Assembly (NCBI RefSeq): GCF_004010195.1
Contig: NC_057719.1
Coordinates: 83,534,147-83,598,146 of the forward strand
Reading direction: 5' to 3'
Source: Chiloscyllium plagiosum
Lineage: Eukaryota
DNA length: 64,000 nt
Part shown: positions 38,221 to 51,504 of the stretch, one piece after another
Numbering within the stretch: the first letter of the stretch is position 1
How the letters are laid out: each line of letters begins with the position of its first letter
Position numbers and translations under genes: made by a program
The notes under the pieces: model-generated
Database searches by the model: none
What the model was told of the DNA's origin: nothing
Seen by the model: only the letters and a program-made list of their open reading frames with translations

Positions 38221-38759
38221 CGGACAGCTCATGCTTTAAATTACCTCATTGACACCCCCGCTCCCCCACCTACCTCCCCCAGCAAGTAGGAGAAAACTTC
38301 ACCCCACGTGGAAAGAAAATCAGCAAGTCTGCTACCGAACAACTCCTTTGTCATTCTGTGTTGACAATCCTGGCAGGGAACAGTTATAAACCCGGCCCAG
38401 TATAGAGTACCTGCTCTCTTCAGCAGTGCCACATCTCCATAGCCCAGATGGTCAGGCTCTGAGGAACACTGCACTCAACGAGGTTCCAATAAGATGTTCA
38501 GACTGAGACCCCTGCCTCTCTGGGCCGAAGTCAGAGGTCATGATCCAATGAAGAACAGAATTCTCCTGGGGTCAAACAACCAACACTGCCAATAACAGAG
38601 AATCTGTCCAATCACCTCATTCAGGTTTCTTTTCCCCCTGGCGTCTAGCAGAGACTAGAATTTCAAAAAATGATCTGGTGGCTGTGAAAAGCTCTGGGAG
38701 GTCCTAAGGGAGTAAACAGTGTTACAGCAATTAATGTACTGCTTGTTGCCCCTTTGTGA

Positions 38760-39760
38760 GATCCCCTTGAAACCTCTTGCCTTCTGCTTTAAAGTTATAC
38801 CCCTTGTCATCAACCCTGCGACAGAGGGGAACGTATGCTTTCTATTCAGCCTGTCTATGCCCCTCACAATCTTACACGCCTCAAGCAGATTTCCACTCCC
38901 CCTCAACCTTCTCTGCTCCAAAGCAAACAACCCGAGCTTATCATTGTTGAAATGCTCCATCCCAGGCCATACCCTGGCAAATCTCCAATACCATCACTCC
39001 CCCTTCCTATACTGTGGTCAGCAGAAATGCACACAGTATTCCAGATGTAGCCTTACCAAAGGTTCTCCATAGCTCCAGCATGACTCATTGCTCTTCTCCT
39101 CCACACCACAGTTACCCTAATAACCTGTCCTGCTACTTCAGGGGCTGTGGGCAAGCATCCCAAGATCTCTCTGTTCCTCTGAGCTTCCTAGTGCCCTGTC
39201 ATTCACTGAGTACTCTCTCATTACCTCTTCTAAAGGGCATCACTCCACACTTAACCAGAGCTAAATTCCATCTTCCTCTGATCTGTCCATCTGACCAATC
39301 CGTTTATGTTCTCCTGCAATCCAAAGACACTGTCAACCGCCTGGACAATCTTCAGGTCATCCACAAACTTACTGCTCAGTGCCCCATTCAGAGATTGTCC
39401 TATATATCACAAACAATTAATAAGGGACCCAGCACTGATCCTTGTGGTACACTACTGTACACAGGGCTCCAGTCACACAAACAGTCTTCTACCACCACCC
39501 TCGGTCTCCTGTTTGGATCCAACTTGACGTTACCCTGGATCCCATGTGCTTTTACCTTCTTTATCTCTCCCCCATGTGGGAACTTGACCCTGTTAAAATT
39601 TTGCTGAAATCCATATAAACTACACCGATAGCACTACCCTCACCGACACTCCTGCTCACCTCCTTGAAAAGTGCTATCATATTTTTTAGGCATGGTCTCT
39701 CTCCTATAAACCCACGCTGTCTATCCCTGATCTCTCCAAGTGAATTTTAATTCATTCCTT
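38760..39760 (-). mobile_element. Old CR1-type LINE RT fragment
   Basis: LGLFALEQRRLRG and SVPQGSVLGP-like segments on the minus strand. Confidence 0.75.
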
Positions 39761-40022
39761 GGCCCAATAATCTCCCACATCCAGCATGGAGTGAGATAAA
39801 GAGCAATGGCCCTTTATACTGCCTCCATTAAACACTCCCAGAACAGATACAACACAGGGTTAGATACAGAATAAAGCTCCCATTGCTCTTTCAAACTGGT
39901 AACAAAGCCTCCTCTACATTGTTCCCATCAAACACTCCCAGGACAGGACAGCACAGGGTTAGATTCAGAGTAAAAACCGCTCTACACTGTCTCCATCAAA
40001 CACTCCTGGCACAAGGTTAACT

Positions 40023-40631
40023 AGGTATTGAGTACAGGAGTTGGGAGGTCATGTTGAGTCTGTACAGGACATTGGTTAGGCCACTGTTGGAATATTGCGT
40101 GCAATTCTGGTCTCCTTCCTATCGGAGAGATGTTGTGAAACTTGAAAGGGTTCAGAAAAGATTTACAAGGATGTTGCGAGGGTTGGAAGATTTGAGCTAT
40201 AGGGAGAGGCTGAATAGGATGGGGCTGTTTTCCCTGGAGCATCGGAGGCTGAGGGGTGACCTTATAGAGGTTTACAATATTATGAGGGACATGGATGGGA
40301 TAAATAGGCAAAGTCTTTTCTCTGAGATCGGGGAGTCCAGAACTAGAGGGCATAGGTTTAGGGTGAGAGGGGAAAGATATAAAAGAGACCTCAGGGGCAA
40401 CTTTTTCACACAGAGGGTGGTACGTGAGTGGAATGAGCTGCCAGAGGAAATGGTGGGTCTGGTACAATTGCAACATTTAAAAGGCATTTAGATGGGTATA
40501 TGAACAGGAAGGGTTTGGAGGGATTTGGGCTGGGTGCTGGCAGGTGGGACTAGATTGGGTTGGAATATCTGGTCAGCATGGACGGGTTGGACTAAAGGGT
40601 CAGTTTCCATGCTGTACATCTCTATGACTCC
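40023..40631 (+). mobile_element. Young CR1/HER1-like LINE 3' fragment inserted in the 70-bp repeat family
   Basis: ORF 40051..40491 LYRTLVRPLLEYCVQFWSP...RRLRGDLIEVY...SRTRGH...FFTQRVV. Confidence 0.93.
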
Positions 40632-42344
40632 TTAACTACAGAGTAAAACCTCCTCTACACTGTCCCCATCAAACACTCGCTGGACAGAGTAAAGCTCCCT
40701 TTCCACTGTCATGTGAAACACTCTACTGTGAAACAAAGGATACATTAGATATTCAATAAAATTCTCTCTGCAATGGTCTGACATTTCTTATTTCCTTTCC
40801 TAGCCAATAGTGATAAATTAGGATTGGTTCTACATCGAGGACTACGGTTTAAACTGAGCGCACTCATTTCCCACAAGACAGCTGCAGATGGAGGGTTCGA
40901 TTCCTCCTTTCTCTATGTCAAAGGTGAAGCCCCCAGCACCATCACTGCCCCCTCTCCTCATCAGCCCCATTTGATATTCATCCACAAAATGACTTGCTCA
41001 GCCAGCCTTGTTGACTGAGTGCTGTCCCATAATCCCAGGCCTCAAACCGGAACTGTGGACTCTGATTCACAGCAACGAGAGAGCAAAAAAAAAAGCAAGC
41101 AGTTTGTGCACTCAGCAGGCATGAGAGATGAATGAATGGCATTATTATGAGGTGGAAAAATTAATTGAATTGCAGTCAGGAATTTCTATCATGTGGGAAC
41201 TGTAATTTCCTTGAAATGCAATCCAGCTGTTAGTGATTTGGGCTTCCACACGACAACGTTCTGGCACTTACAAATATCACCATAGCAAGATTCATTTCTG
41301 CACTTTTCCCAGTCTTGAGCTGGGACCGTTGCTGTTTATCCCAAACATTCAAAATTGCTTGTTGCCTTCTTGTCCTCACCGGGCAGATGTGTGTCACTTG
41401 TCTGTTAAAAAAAAGAGGTGTGCAATCTTATAGCAACTTTTTCGGATCTTTAAGCACGCCACATGCAAATTACTATGGTGTGTAATGATGGCTGTCACGT
41501 AGCCAATTTGGGCAAAACAAGAGCCCAGCATGCCAAATGTTTGGTTTATCGGCTGGTGTTGGTGAATGGGTTAAAGGCTGGTCAGGCCCCCATGGGGGAC
41601 ATCGCTGTCTTTCTACATTAACGTGGATTGGTTCATAGGCTGACCTGCTCGTCAACAGCCCCTCCGTCCTCCTCCACCACCACTGCTCCCCCCCCCACAC
41701 CCCTCCCTCCTCATCAAGACAGACAGACAGACAAACTGGCCTTTAGTCTAGCTCCTACCTTTCAACCAGGCTGATATAGTTGGCTACAACAGGAGTTAAA
41801 CAGCCGGTTAAGGGGCTGTCACGAGGTCCGGCACAATATACAATGAACCTTGTTAAAGTCCAGTCTATGAGACGGAATAGGAGGTACCTGGGCTCAATTA
41901 TCTGGCCTTTACATTAGCCCAGGTTGTACTGGGGGACACCACAGCCTGCAACACGAAGGCAAAACTTCAAACCAGCTGTTTTTTTTCTTGAGCTTCCTTT
42001 TCAAGAATTAACAGGGAAGTTTGAAAAATAATTTTCCAAAGCAGCTTGTGGTTAGAATGTCAGCTACAGATGGGTGCTGAATCACAGCCTGTAAATCATT
42101 TTTGGAAGGGAATTGGATGATGTCTTCAGCAGAATAGTAAATGCTACAGAGCGGGAGGGGGCAAGGACAAGTCAAAGATGTAAGTCAGATGAGGTGCCTT
42201 GTCTGCAGATCCCAAAGGACTAAATGGTGTATTTCCATACAACAGTTTATTAGCCAATGACCTGTGATAGTAAATGCTTTTAGGCAGGTGAGGTTTGAGA
42301 GGAGTCTCAGTATGACGCTCCACCATCACCTAATTGTTATTTGA

Positions 42345-42824
42345 CATCATAAAATCCCTAAGGTTCAAAAAGAGGGCATTTGGCCCATTGAGGGTGTGCC
42401 ACCCCTCCAAAGAGCATCCCATCCAGGATCTACACAACCTCACATTTACCATGGTTAACTCACCTAAACGGCACATAGAGTCATACAGCATGAAAGCAAA
42501 TCTTTCAGTCCAACTTGTGCGCACCAACCAGACATCCCAATCTAACCTAGTCCCATTTGCCCCACATCCCTTTAAAGCCTTCCTATTCATGGACCCATCC
42601 AGATGCCTTTTAAGTGTTGTAATTGTACCAGTCTCGACCACAGGCAGCTCACTCTGTACACATCTTTGGGCTGTGGGAGGAAACCAGGGCACCAGGCAGA
42701 AACTCACACAAGTGCAGGGAGAACTTACACAAACCACGCAGTCGGTCACCCAAGATTGGGATCGAACCAAGGTCCCCAGCGCTTGTGAGGCAGCTGAGCT
42801 AAGCACTGAGCCACCGTGTCACCC
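42345..42824 (-). mobile_element. HE1-type SINE split by a LINE 3' fragment (~42474-42640)
   Basis: SINE tail and head flank CATAGAGTCATACAGCATG... Confidence 0.72.
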
Positions 42825-43809
42825 GTCAACGTGGACTGCCATGGCCAGAGGTGAGGAAATGCACTTTGAGTGGCACTATCAGAGCCTGGGACACAAGGAT
42901 ATTGCAAGGCCCAGTATCTGGCGCCTCTGTGTGGAGATGAGGGTCAAGGCCCGTGTTCTCGGGTCAGGGGTCAGGGTCTGTGTGCTCATGTCAGGTTCGG
43001 TTTTCACAGGTCTTGGGTCAGGGCCTTATGCTTTGTCAGGTGCGTGTGCACGGATTAACAATGGGATCTGATGCCCAAGTAAGCAGCAGCATCAGGGCCT
43101 GTGATTTCTGTCTCTTGCCCCTGGGTGCCACTGACAGTTGCCTGTGTCTTGGAAAACTGTATTCTCCCCCAGGAATGTTGGGGGGAGACAACTGGGTGAA
43201 ATGAAAGAAATCCTATATATTCCCGACTGCATAAACTGAAGTTTCTCACAAATAGCTTCATGAACCATTCATTCTTAGTGACGTGCCCAGTACAGACATG
43301 AAGATATTGCAAATTTTGAAACACAAAATGGACATAACAGCTTACAAGATGGCTGCCAACACATCCTATGATCTTGGCTATATCGACCCCAGATGAGAGC
43401 TGAACTCAAGCAAATATCTCATTGAAATGTGAACAATTCCAAGTAATTGTGGAACTCACAAGTCTGTTGTTTGGGTTAAATTATAAATAAATAGATGTAT
43501 GATACACCAACCGATGTGCCTTGCTGCATTGCAAATGACAGAACAACTATCAGAGCTCTATGTCCTTTCCTGATTAGCTTTCAACAGGTAATTTAATGGA
43601 ATTTTAAATTAAGAAGAACATTTGAAAGCACGAAAGAAAGAAGCAGGGAGCTTCCCCAAGTGGCCTGACCAATGTTCTAACCATTAACGCCAACAACTGA
43701 AACAATAATCCACCTGAGTGGGGAGATTTACATGTGCTGAAAATGGCTGCAGGACAACCATCATCATGCCGGAAAGTTATTGGTGTGGATTGCTTTAAGA
43801 TGCGATTTA

Positions 43810-44420
43810 GCGGCATGGAGGCTCAGTGGTTAGCACAGATGCCTCACAGCGCCAGGGTCTTGGGTTCAATTCCAGCCTCGGGTGACTGTGTGGAGTTTGC
43901 ACATTCTCCCTGTGTCTGCGTGGGTTTCCTCCCACAATCCAAAGATGTGCAGGTTAGGTAAATTGGCCATAGTGTTCAGATGAGGGGTGGTACAGTGGCT
44001 CAGTGGTTAACACTACAGCCTCACAGCACCAGGGTCCCAGGTTCAATTCCAGCCTCAGGTGACTGTGTGGAGTTTGCACATTCTCCTCGTGTCTGCGTGG
44101 GTTTCCTCCGGGTACTCCAGTTTCCTCCCACACAGTCCAATGATGTGTAGGTCAGGTGAATTGGCCATACTAAATTGCCCCGTGGTGCTAGGTGCATTAG
44201 TCAGAGGGAAATGGGTCTGGGTGGGTTGCTCTTCAGAGGGTGGGTGTGGACTGGTTGGGCCGAAGGGCCTGTTTCCACACTGTAGGGAATCTAATCTAAT
44301 TAGTCAGGGGTAAATGTAGAGAAATAGGGTAGGGGAATGGGTTTGGGTGGGTTACTGTTCAGAGGATTGGTGTGGATGTGTTGGGCTGAAGGGCCTGTTC
44401 CCACACTGTAGGGATTCTAT
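43810..44420 (+). mobile_element. Three tandem HE1 SINE segments (5' part, near-full copy, extra 3' part)
   Basis: Two tRNA-like heads (~43810, ~43985) and two CCACACTGTAGGGA tails (~44290, ~44415). Confidence 0.88.
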
Positions 44421-45468
44421 AAAAAAAAGTGAAAAGATGTGCTAATGTTTCACATTACCTTTAAAAGAAAAACTTCACACATCTGAAAGGATGATACACA
44501 GAGGGTATATGCAATCAATCTAACTCATTGCAAAGACTTTGGACTCATCACATGGTTAACAGAGCCACGCTTGTTATTTGCCTTTTTAAAAAAAATCACA
44601 GCAGAAGATATTTATTTGAGAGAAACAATAAAAGATTCATCATCTAAAAGCCATCAATTGGGTTGCAAAGCCAACCTCACCCCAAACCATCTTGACATTT
44701 TGAAAATGGAAGAAAGATCCTCTGCCAATGTGTTTAGGCTTCAAATTCAGGTGAGCTCCTGGCAATTCTACTCCAAGGATCCTTACAGCTCGACAAGAAA
44801 TCTCTAGTTTTTTACCAGACCACTCCTCAAGTTAAAGTAACAATTCAGCTAAGAAACTACAGGCCTGCAACTAAAGAAACTGAAATCATTTCAAGTTGCA
44901 ATCGAGCCTTTCTTTTTCTCTCATTACACGTACAACAGCTTGTACAAGAGGGGCTTTTGTGGTGCAGTGATAGTGTCCCTGCCTCTGAGCCAGGAGGCCT
45001 AGGTTCAAGCTACACCTGCTCCAGTTGTGTGCGATAACATTGCTGAACAGCTTAATTATAAAATATCTAGTTTGTACGATATGTCACATTGTAATTGCTA
45101 TGGCGAATGAGAAATAATTCACTTTATTTTTAAACAGACAAAGTCTGGTGCTGGAACCTTTTTCAGGATAAACTATTCTGAGAATGAGAAACTAACTTCC
45201 CACATGAAGAATATTTATCAAGGCCAATGACTTAAGACATAACTCAGTCTGTGACCCTCACTGAGGAAGGATGCGGCATGTTCTAGTTGCCAAGCAACCT
45301 AAACTACACCTCATTGTCCGTAGCATCTAATACATCAAAACAAAATGAGCTGTTAAGTGCAGTCACACCACAGAAACTCCAAAGGGCAAATTTTGTGAGA
45401 ACCTAAAAATATAAGAAAGGGTAGCATCGTAGGCCATTTGGCCCCTCAAGCCCGTTCTGCCAGCCCGT

Positions 45469-45524
45469 AAGGGTCAGCCATAAAATGGAATTCATACCTC
45501 AATTCCATTTTATGGCTGACCCTT
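45469..45524. repeat. Perfect inverted repeat, 24-bp stem, 8-nt loop
   Basis: AAGGGTCAGCCATAAAATGGAATT / CATACCTC / AATTCCATTTTATGGCTGACCCTT. Confidence 0.97.
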
Positions 45525-46516
45525 GGTTCCCCTGTGGTTCAGGAATCTCTCTACCTCAGCCCCAGTTCTGCTTAATGAGGACTTGGGTTGGAAGGAGGGA
45601 GGTTTTTATTGGCTACTAATTTCCCGCTGGGAAAATTTGGATGATGTGAGATATAGAGTTGGACCTCAATGCCATCTGGGTTCATTCTCCAGTGAAACCC
45701 ACCAAGACAACCCACCTTTCCATTTCACGTGATGCCCTTACCAGCTCAAGGGTATAAGGATCCATTCACCGATTGGCATTTGAGCCAACTCAGATAGCAC
45801 CTACCCATCCTGCGGGCAGCTCTGCAGGTGTTAGGGGAGTGCCCAGAGCCAGTGCAGTTCCTCAGGTAGCCTTCCCAGCAGCCTCAAGGACATCCCTATC
45901 CATCTGTAACTTTAGGGTTAGCCAACTCTCTCATGCAGTGCAGGAGGGGTTCTGGGTGGAGATAAGCCAAAAAAGTGATCCTGTTCAGGCCGGGGTATGG
46001 TGGACACCTCCATCAATGGCTGCCTTCTAAATAGGGACTCCCCCCCCCCCCCCCCTCCCTCCTCCACTTCCTCTCTGCTCCCAAATTCCAACACAAGGTG
46101 GGACCCCTGAGAATGCCCTTTCATTCTAACCTCTCCAACCATGCCATCACCGTCCCTCAGCGCCACTCACTTGCCTTGAAACTAACCACAGTCCCATCTC
46201 CATCCCCACACACAGACACACATTTACCTTCTGCTGGGATCATTGGCCTTAAAACTCAGGGTGCCCTACTTGCAGTGCCAGTCATAATCACCAGAACTGG
46301 TGGCACTGCTGGGGACTAGCAAGCTGCTAGCCAACCTGATTACCTAGCAGGTCCATGAGACAGGCCTGTCTCCTGAGAGAGGGGCAGAACTACCATCACC
46401 TAACACTCACTGGGTAACCAAATAGTTGCAGACATGCATTTAGCATCAACTCTTTCAGAGCCAAGAAGGAAGATCCTGAAAATCTTGGAAATGATTTTAT
46501 AGGTTTCCTTTCTCCC

Positions 46517-46752
46517 TATTAAAGCAACTCCACGGAGACCAGTATCCCGTCACCGAGTCACTCTTTGTTTACACACGGCGAGTCCTTGACCACGATCCAG
46601 CTCCCTCAGAGCCAACTCTCAGTGAACAGAACCTCTGAAATTCCTGAATATATCTGTCAGCTAGGCTCCCTAATTGGACCCAACTAACAGCCTTAATCAG
46701 AGAACTCGTGTTCTATGAGATGCACCTGGCTGGCCTCATTACAATCACTACA
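46517..46752 (-). mobile_element. Solo LTR (Gypsy-like, related to 11566-11780)
   Basis: Shared CAGCT..CTCAGAG..GTGAACAGAA..TATATCTGTCAGC blocks; ends CACTACA. Confidence 0.6.
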
Positions 46753-46764
46753 TCTGCATCTGTG

Positions 46765-47080
46765 GGTGGCTCAGTGGTTGGCACTGCTGCCTCATAGTAC
46801 CAAGGGCCCGGGTTTGATTCCACCCTCGGGCGACTACCTGTGTGGAGTTTGCACATTCTCCCCGTGTCTGCGTGGGTCTCCCCCGGGTGCTCCAGTTTCC
46901 TCCCGCAATCCAAAGATGTGCAGGTCAGGTGGATTGGCCTTGCTAAATTGTCCAGGGATGTGCATGCTTGGTCGGTTAGCCATGGGAAGTGGGTGGTACT
47001 GGGATGGGATTGGGTCTACATAGGATGCCCTCAGAGAGTGGGTATGGACTCGATGGGCTGCTTCCACACTATAGGGATTC
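46765..47080 (+). mobile_element. HE1-type SINE
   Basis: Head, V-core, tail. Confidence 0.88.
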
Positions 47081-49205
47081 GATAATCTTATGACAGTAAT
47101 AGTTAAGAGTCTGACTTCCTTATGTCTATGACTCTTATCAATAAATCTATAAACCCCTCCACTACACTGGGTCACGAATATAGTTGATAGTTAAGTCTTT
47201 TTACTCACAGTTTCCTCCACTGTTCTAGAAGAACTCCTGGTTAGTGACTGGTTGTGGGTGACCACCCCTCCCCCACCCTGTTGTCTGGGGAACTGAGTAT
47301 AATTCTAAATGTGACTTTAAACAAATGAAGCTGAAAGCCACAGCCTCTGACCAAATATGAACCGAGTCTGAAAGAAATTTCCCAGCCCTCACCGGGAACT
47401 GACATTCCTGGATAAAATACAGTAAAGACTGCGGCAAAAGTACCTGACATTCCAAACGCTGAAACCTTTCCCAGTCATGATAACCCACACCAACTCCCAC
47501 ACAGATTTCATCACCAGCTAGACACACTTTCACTTGGATATTAACCACTCTCTGACCAGGGCTTCCAGTGAAAACAGAAAGCAGCACTTCCATCTCCCAA
47601 CTTTCAACAATAAGCCTCTGGAACGTAACAACACTGCAAAGGGCATTTACCAGGATGTTGCCTGGGCTTGAGGGTTTTTGTTGTGAGCACAGATTGGACA
47701 TAAAGGGGACAGTGTGAGAGCAGATTGCTTGGTCTGCAACAACCCTCTGCAGAGCATGCCACCCAGACCCATCCACCTACCCAGTCCCTGTAACCCTGCA
47801 TTTCCCATGGTTAACCCACTTAACCTACACATCCTGGGACACAATGGACAATTTAGCATGGCCAATCCACCTAATTGGTTATATAGGAAATGCAGCAGTC
47901 AATGTGAACACAGCAATCGCCACAGACCGCAGTGTGGGGACAACTAGACGGTCATTGAGTGATGTTGGCAGAGGCAAACATATTGGCAGGACATCAGCGA
48001 TAGCTACCTGGCTCTATTTTCTTTGTTCATTCATGGGATGTGGTGTCACTAGCTGGCCAGCATTTATTGCCCATCCTTAGTTGCTCTTGAGAAGGTGCCT
48101 TCTTGATCCGCTGCAGCTGTGGGTTGACCCACAATGCCATTAGGGAGGGAATTTCAGGATTTTGACCCAGTGACACTGAAGGAACGGCAATATATTTGGA
48201 GGAACTTGGAGGTAGTGGTGTCTCCTTGTATCTGCTGCCCTGTCCTTCTAGATGGAAGTGGTTGTGAGTTTCGAAGGTGATGTCTGAAGATCTTTGGTGT
48301 ATTTCTGCAGTGCATCTTGTCGATAGTATTAGCTACCGATCAGTGGTGGTAGAGGGAGTCGGTGCTTGTGGATGGAATGCCGATCAGGTGAGTTGCTTTG
48401 TCGTGGATGGTGTCAAGCCTCTTGAGATCGCGACAGAAAGTCAAACTCTTTCTGTAGAGTCTGGAGGTGTAATGGAGCAAGTGTTCCACAGGATGGTCGG
48501 TCAGCCCTCTTTCTACTGCCGGGGATCCAGATCAGCCAGATGGTAAGATAGAACCACGAACGTTGCTGTCGATACTATTCAATAGATGAGGCTGAAGCGT
48601 CCAACAAAGATAAAGAACAAAGCCAATCTGCCAATGACCCAACAATAATGGGATGCTTATATAATATGTCCAAATATTTTATGTTGGTGGCCATTTTGTC
48701 CATAGTCCTGTTGGCATTTCACCCATTGCTTGCTGAAGCTCTGTTCTCCCTGATATTGTGCATTGATACAGGCTCCCTCATGTTTCATCAGAGGCTACAC
48801 ACAGAGTGAGAGGTATCTCGCTATGTACACCTGGAGATTTCCAAATCTTACCTGTCCAATGTTTGCCAAAGGAAGTAAGAGAGATAGAAGGCACAGAGCA
48901 TTGGCACCCTTAACCTTTGCCTTTTGGCCTGTTTTGATGAAGAGAAGCACGTTGGGTGGAAACAGAGAGGATGCAGGAAATGAGGATGTCGGGGGCCTAT
49001 CTTGCACACCTTGTTAACCTTCTCAATCATTTGGTGCCTTTTCCCAAAACATATATGTTAGTTGTAACATTTACACAAGTACATTTCGAGGCTTATGGGC
49101 CAAATCCTGGCAAATGGGGCTAGATTAATTTAGGATATCTGGTCAGCATGGACGAGTTGGACTGAAGGGTCTATTTCCAAATCGTAAATCCCTATGACTG
49201 TATGA

Positions 49206-49497
49206 TGTGGAGGAGCCAGTGTTGGACTGGGGTGGACAAAATCACACAACACCAGGTTATAGTCCAACAGGTTTATTTGGAAGCACTAGCTTTCTGAGCG
49301 CTACTCCTACATCAGGTGGTTGTGGAGCAGGATCATAAGACACAGAATTTATAGCAATTTATAGCATGATGCAGTGATCATTTGCTATAATTTCTGTGTC
49401 TTATGATCCACAACTATCTGATGAAGGAGCAGCGCTCTGACAGCTGGTACTTCCAAGTAAACCTGTTGGACTATAACCTGGTGTTGTGTGATTTTTA
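49206..49497. mobile_element. Penelope-derived fold-back element with 9-bp TSD and two mutated hammerhead cores
   Basis: TSD ACTGTATGA at 49197-49205 and 49498-49506; long inverted arms; CTGATGAAGGAGCAGCGCTCTGACAGCTG (+) and CTGATGTAGGAGTAGCGCTCAGAAAGCTA (-). Confidence 0.85.
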
Positions 49498-49924
49498 ACT
49501 GTATGACTCTATGATATTCCGCAACAAGTCAAAGTTGACTTCATAGAAAGTGCAAACCATATCAGTTTTTTTTTCAATAAACCTTGTGATAGTCTGAGCT
49601 GCCCCATGAATCTTATGATTACAGCTTATCATAGCAATTATCACTTCATGTCAAACATACGACTCAAGGGTTTTAAGCAGTTTCCAAACCCCTCTGTATA
49701 CAATGGTGGGAGGGCCTCACAGTGCGTTTTTTCCCCATTCAGATTCTGTGGTATGTAGCTCAGCGCTGTATAGTCCAAGTCCTTGGCAAGTGACAGTCTG
49801 CAACAATCGGTCATCGGAACTGGAAAACCGGCAGATGCTGGATACACCAAACAATTAAGGTTTTTCAGTGAGCTGACGCTCCTACAGCAGTCGATTCTCC
49901 CAAAGAGCACAGAGTCCTAGGTTA

Positions 49925-50395
49925 CAGAGCTGCTTGGATGTACTGGCACTGGAGGGGGTGGCAGAGGAGGTTCACGAGGTTGTGCCAGAGTTGTGGAAGT
50001 TGGCTTGTGAGGAGAGACTGAGTTGACTGGGATTATATTCTTTGGAATTTAGAAGAATGAGGGGGACAACTTATAGAAATGTATAAAATTATGAAGGGAA
50101 TAGATAAGGATGGGAAGCAGGGAGGTTGTTTCCACGGGCGGGTGAAACTAGATCTAGGGGGCACAGCCTCAAAATAAGGGGGAGCGGATTCGGGACGGAG
50201 CTGAGGAGGAACCTCTTCACCCAGAGGGTTGTGAATCTGTGGAATTCCCTGCCCAGGGAAGGGGTTGAGGCTACTTTGGTTGAATGTTTTTCAGGCAAAG
50301 ATAGATTTTTGAACAGTAAAGGAGTTAAGAGTGATGGTGAGCAGGTGGGTAAGTGAAGCTGAGGCCATGAATAATGATCAGCCATGATCTTATTG
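49925..50395 (+). mobile_element. CR1-type LINE 3' fragment
   Basis: ETRSRGHSLKIRG...RRNLFTQRVVNLWNSLP. Confidence 0.85.
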
Positions 50396-50508
50396 AGTGG
50401 GAGGAGTCTTTGATGATGTTGGCTGCTTTCCTGAGGCAGTGGGAAGTATAAATGGAGTCAATGGATAGAAGGCTGGTTTGTATGATGGACTGGGCTGTGC
50501 TCGCAACT

Positions 50509-51504
50509 AAGACCATAAGACCAGAAGACATAGGAGTAGAAGTAAGGCCATTCAGCCCCTCGAGTCTACTCCGCCGTTCAATCATGGCTGATGGGCATTT
50601 CAACGCCACTTCCCTACACTCTCCCCCATATCCCTTAATTCTTTGCGAGATCAAGAATTTATCAATCTCTGCCTTGAAGACACCCAACATCCTGGCCTCC
50701 ACTGCACTCTGTGGCAATGAATTCCACTGGTCCACCACTCTCTGGCTGAAGAAATGTCTCCTCATTTCCGTTCTACATTGACCCCCTCTAATTTAAGGCT
50801 GTGCCCACGGGTTCTAGTATCCCCGCCAGACAGAAACAACTTCCCAGCATCCACTCTTTCTAAGCCATGCATTATCTTGTAAGTTTCTATTAGTATTCCC
50901 CTCAACATTCTAAACTCAAATGAATTCTGGATCAGTGGTGCTGGAAGAGCACAGCAATTCAGGCAGCATCTGAGGACAGGCAAAATCAAATGAATGCAAT
51001 CCCAGGATCCTCAGCCGTTCATCATATGCTAGGCCTACCATTCCAGGGATCATCCATGGAAATCTCCACTGGACATGCTCCAGTGCCAGTACGTCCTTCC
51101 TGAAGTGTGGGGCCCAAAACTGGACACAGTATTCTAAATGGGGCCTAACTCGACCTTTATAAAGTCTCAGAAACACATCGCTGCTTTTATATTCCAACCC
51201 TCTTGAGATAAATGACAACGTTACATTCGCTTTCTTAATAATGGACTCAACCTGCAAGTTAACCTTTAGAGAATCCTGAACTAGTGCTCCCAGATCCCTT
51301 TGTACTTTGGCTTTATGAATTTTCTCACAGTTTAGAAATTAGTCCATGCTTGTATTCTTTTTTCCAAAGTGCAAGACCTCGCATTTGCTCACATTGAATT
51401 TCATCAGCCGTTTCCTGGACCACTCTCCCAAACTGCCTAAATCTTTCTGCAGCCTCCCCACCTCCTCAATACTACCTGCCTGTCTGACTAACTTCGTATC
51501 ATCG
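50509..51504 (-). mobile_element. CR1-type LINE, 5'-truncated at the RT ADD motif
   Basis: Begins at ADDTK; VRPHLEYCVQFWAP; (TCTTATGG)-type tail; GCAACT repeated at 50503-50508 and 51505-51510. Confidence 0.88.
50926..50985 (-). mobile_element. 60-bp Penelope-derived insertion with 10-bp TSD
   Basis: TCAAATGAAT at 50916-50925 and 50986-50995; insert GTGGTGCTGGAAGAGCACAGC..CAGGCAGCATC. Confidence 0.8.

Noticed and set aside
38241..38474. Possible minus-strand exon DCQHRMTKELFGSRLADFLSTWGEVFSYLLGE
   Set aside because: Weak acceptor, no recognisable homology, and its phase does not fit the 35060 candidate exon.
42334..43071. 245-aa ORF (likewise 19320..19946, 25510..26166, 39014..39607)
   Set aside because: Chance read-through across SINE/LINE fragments, often antisense.
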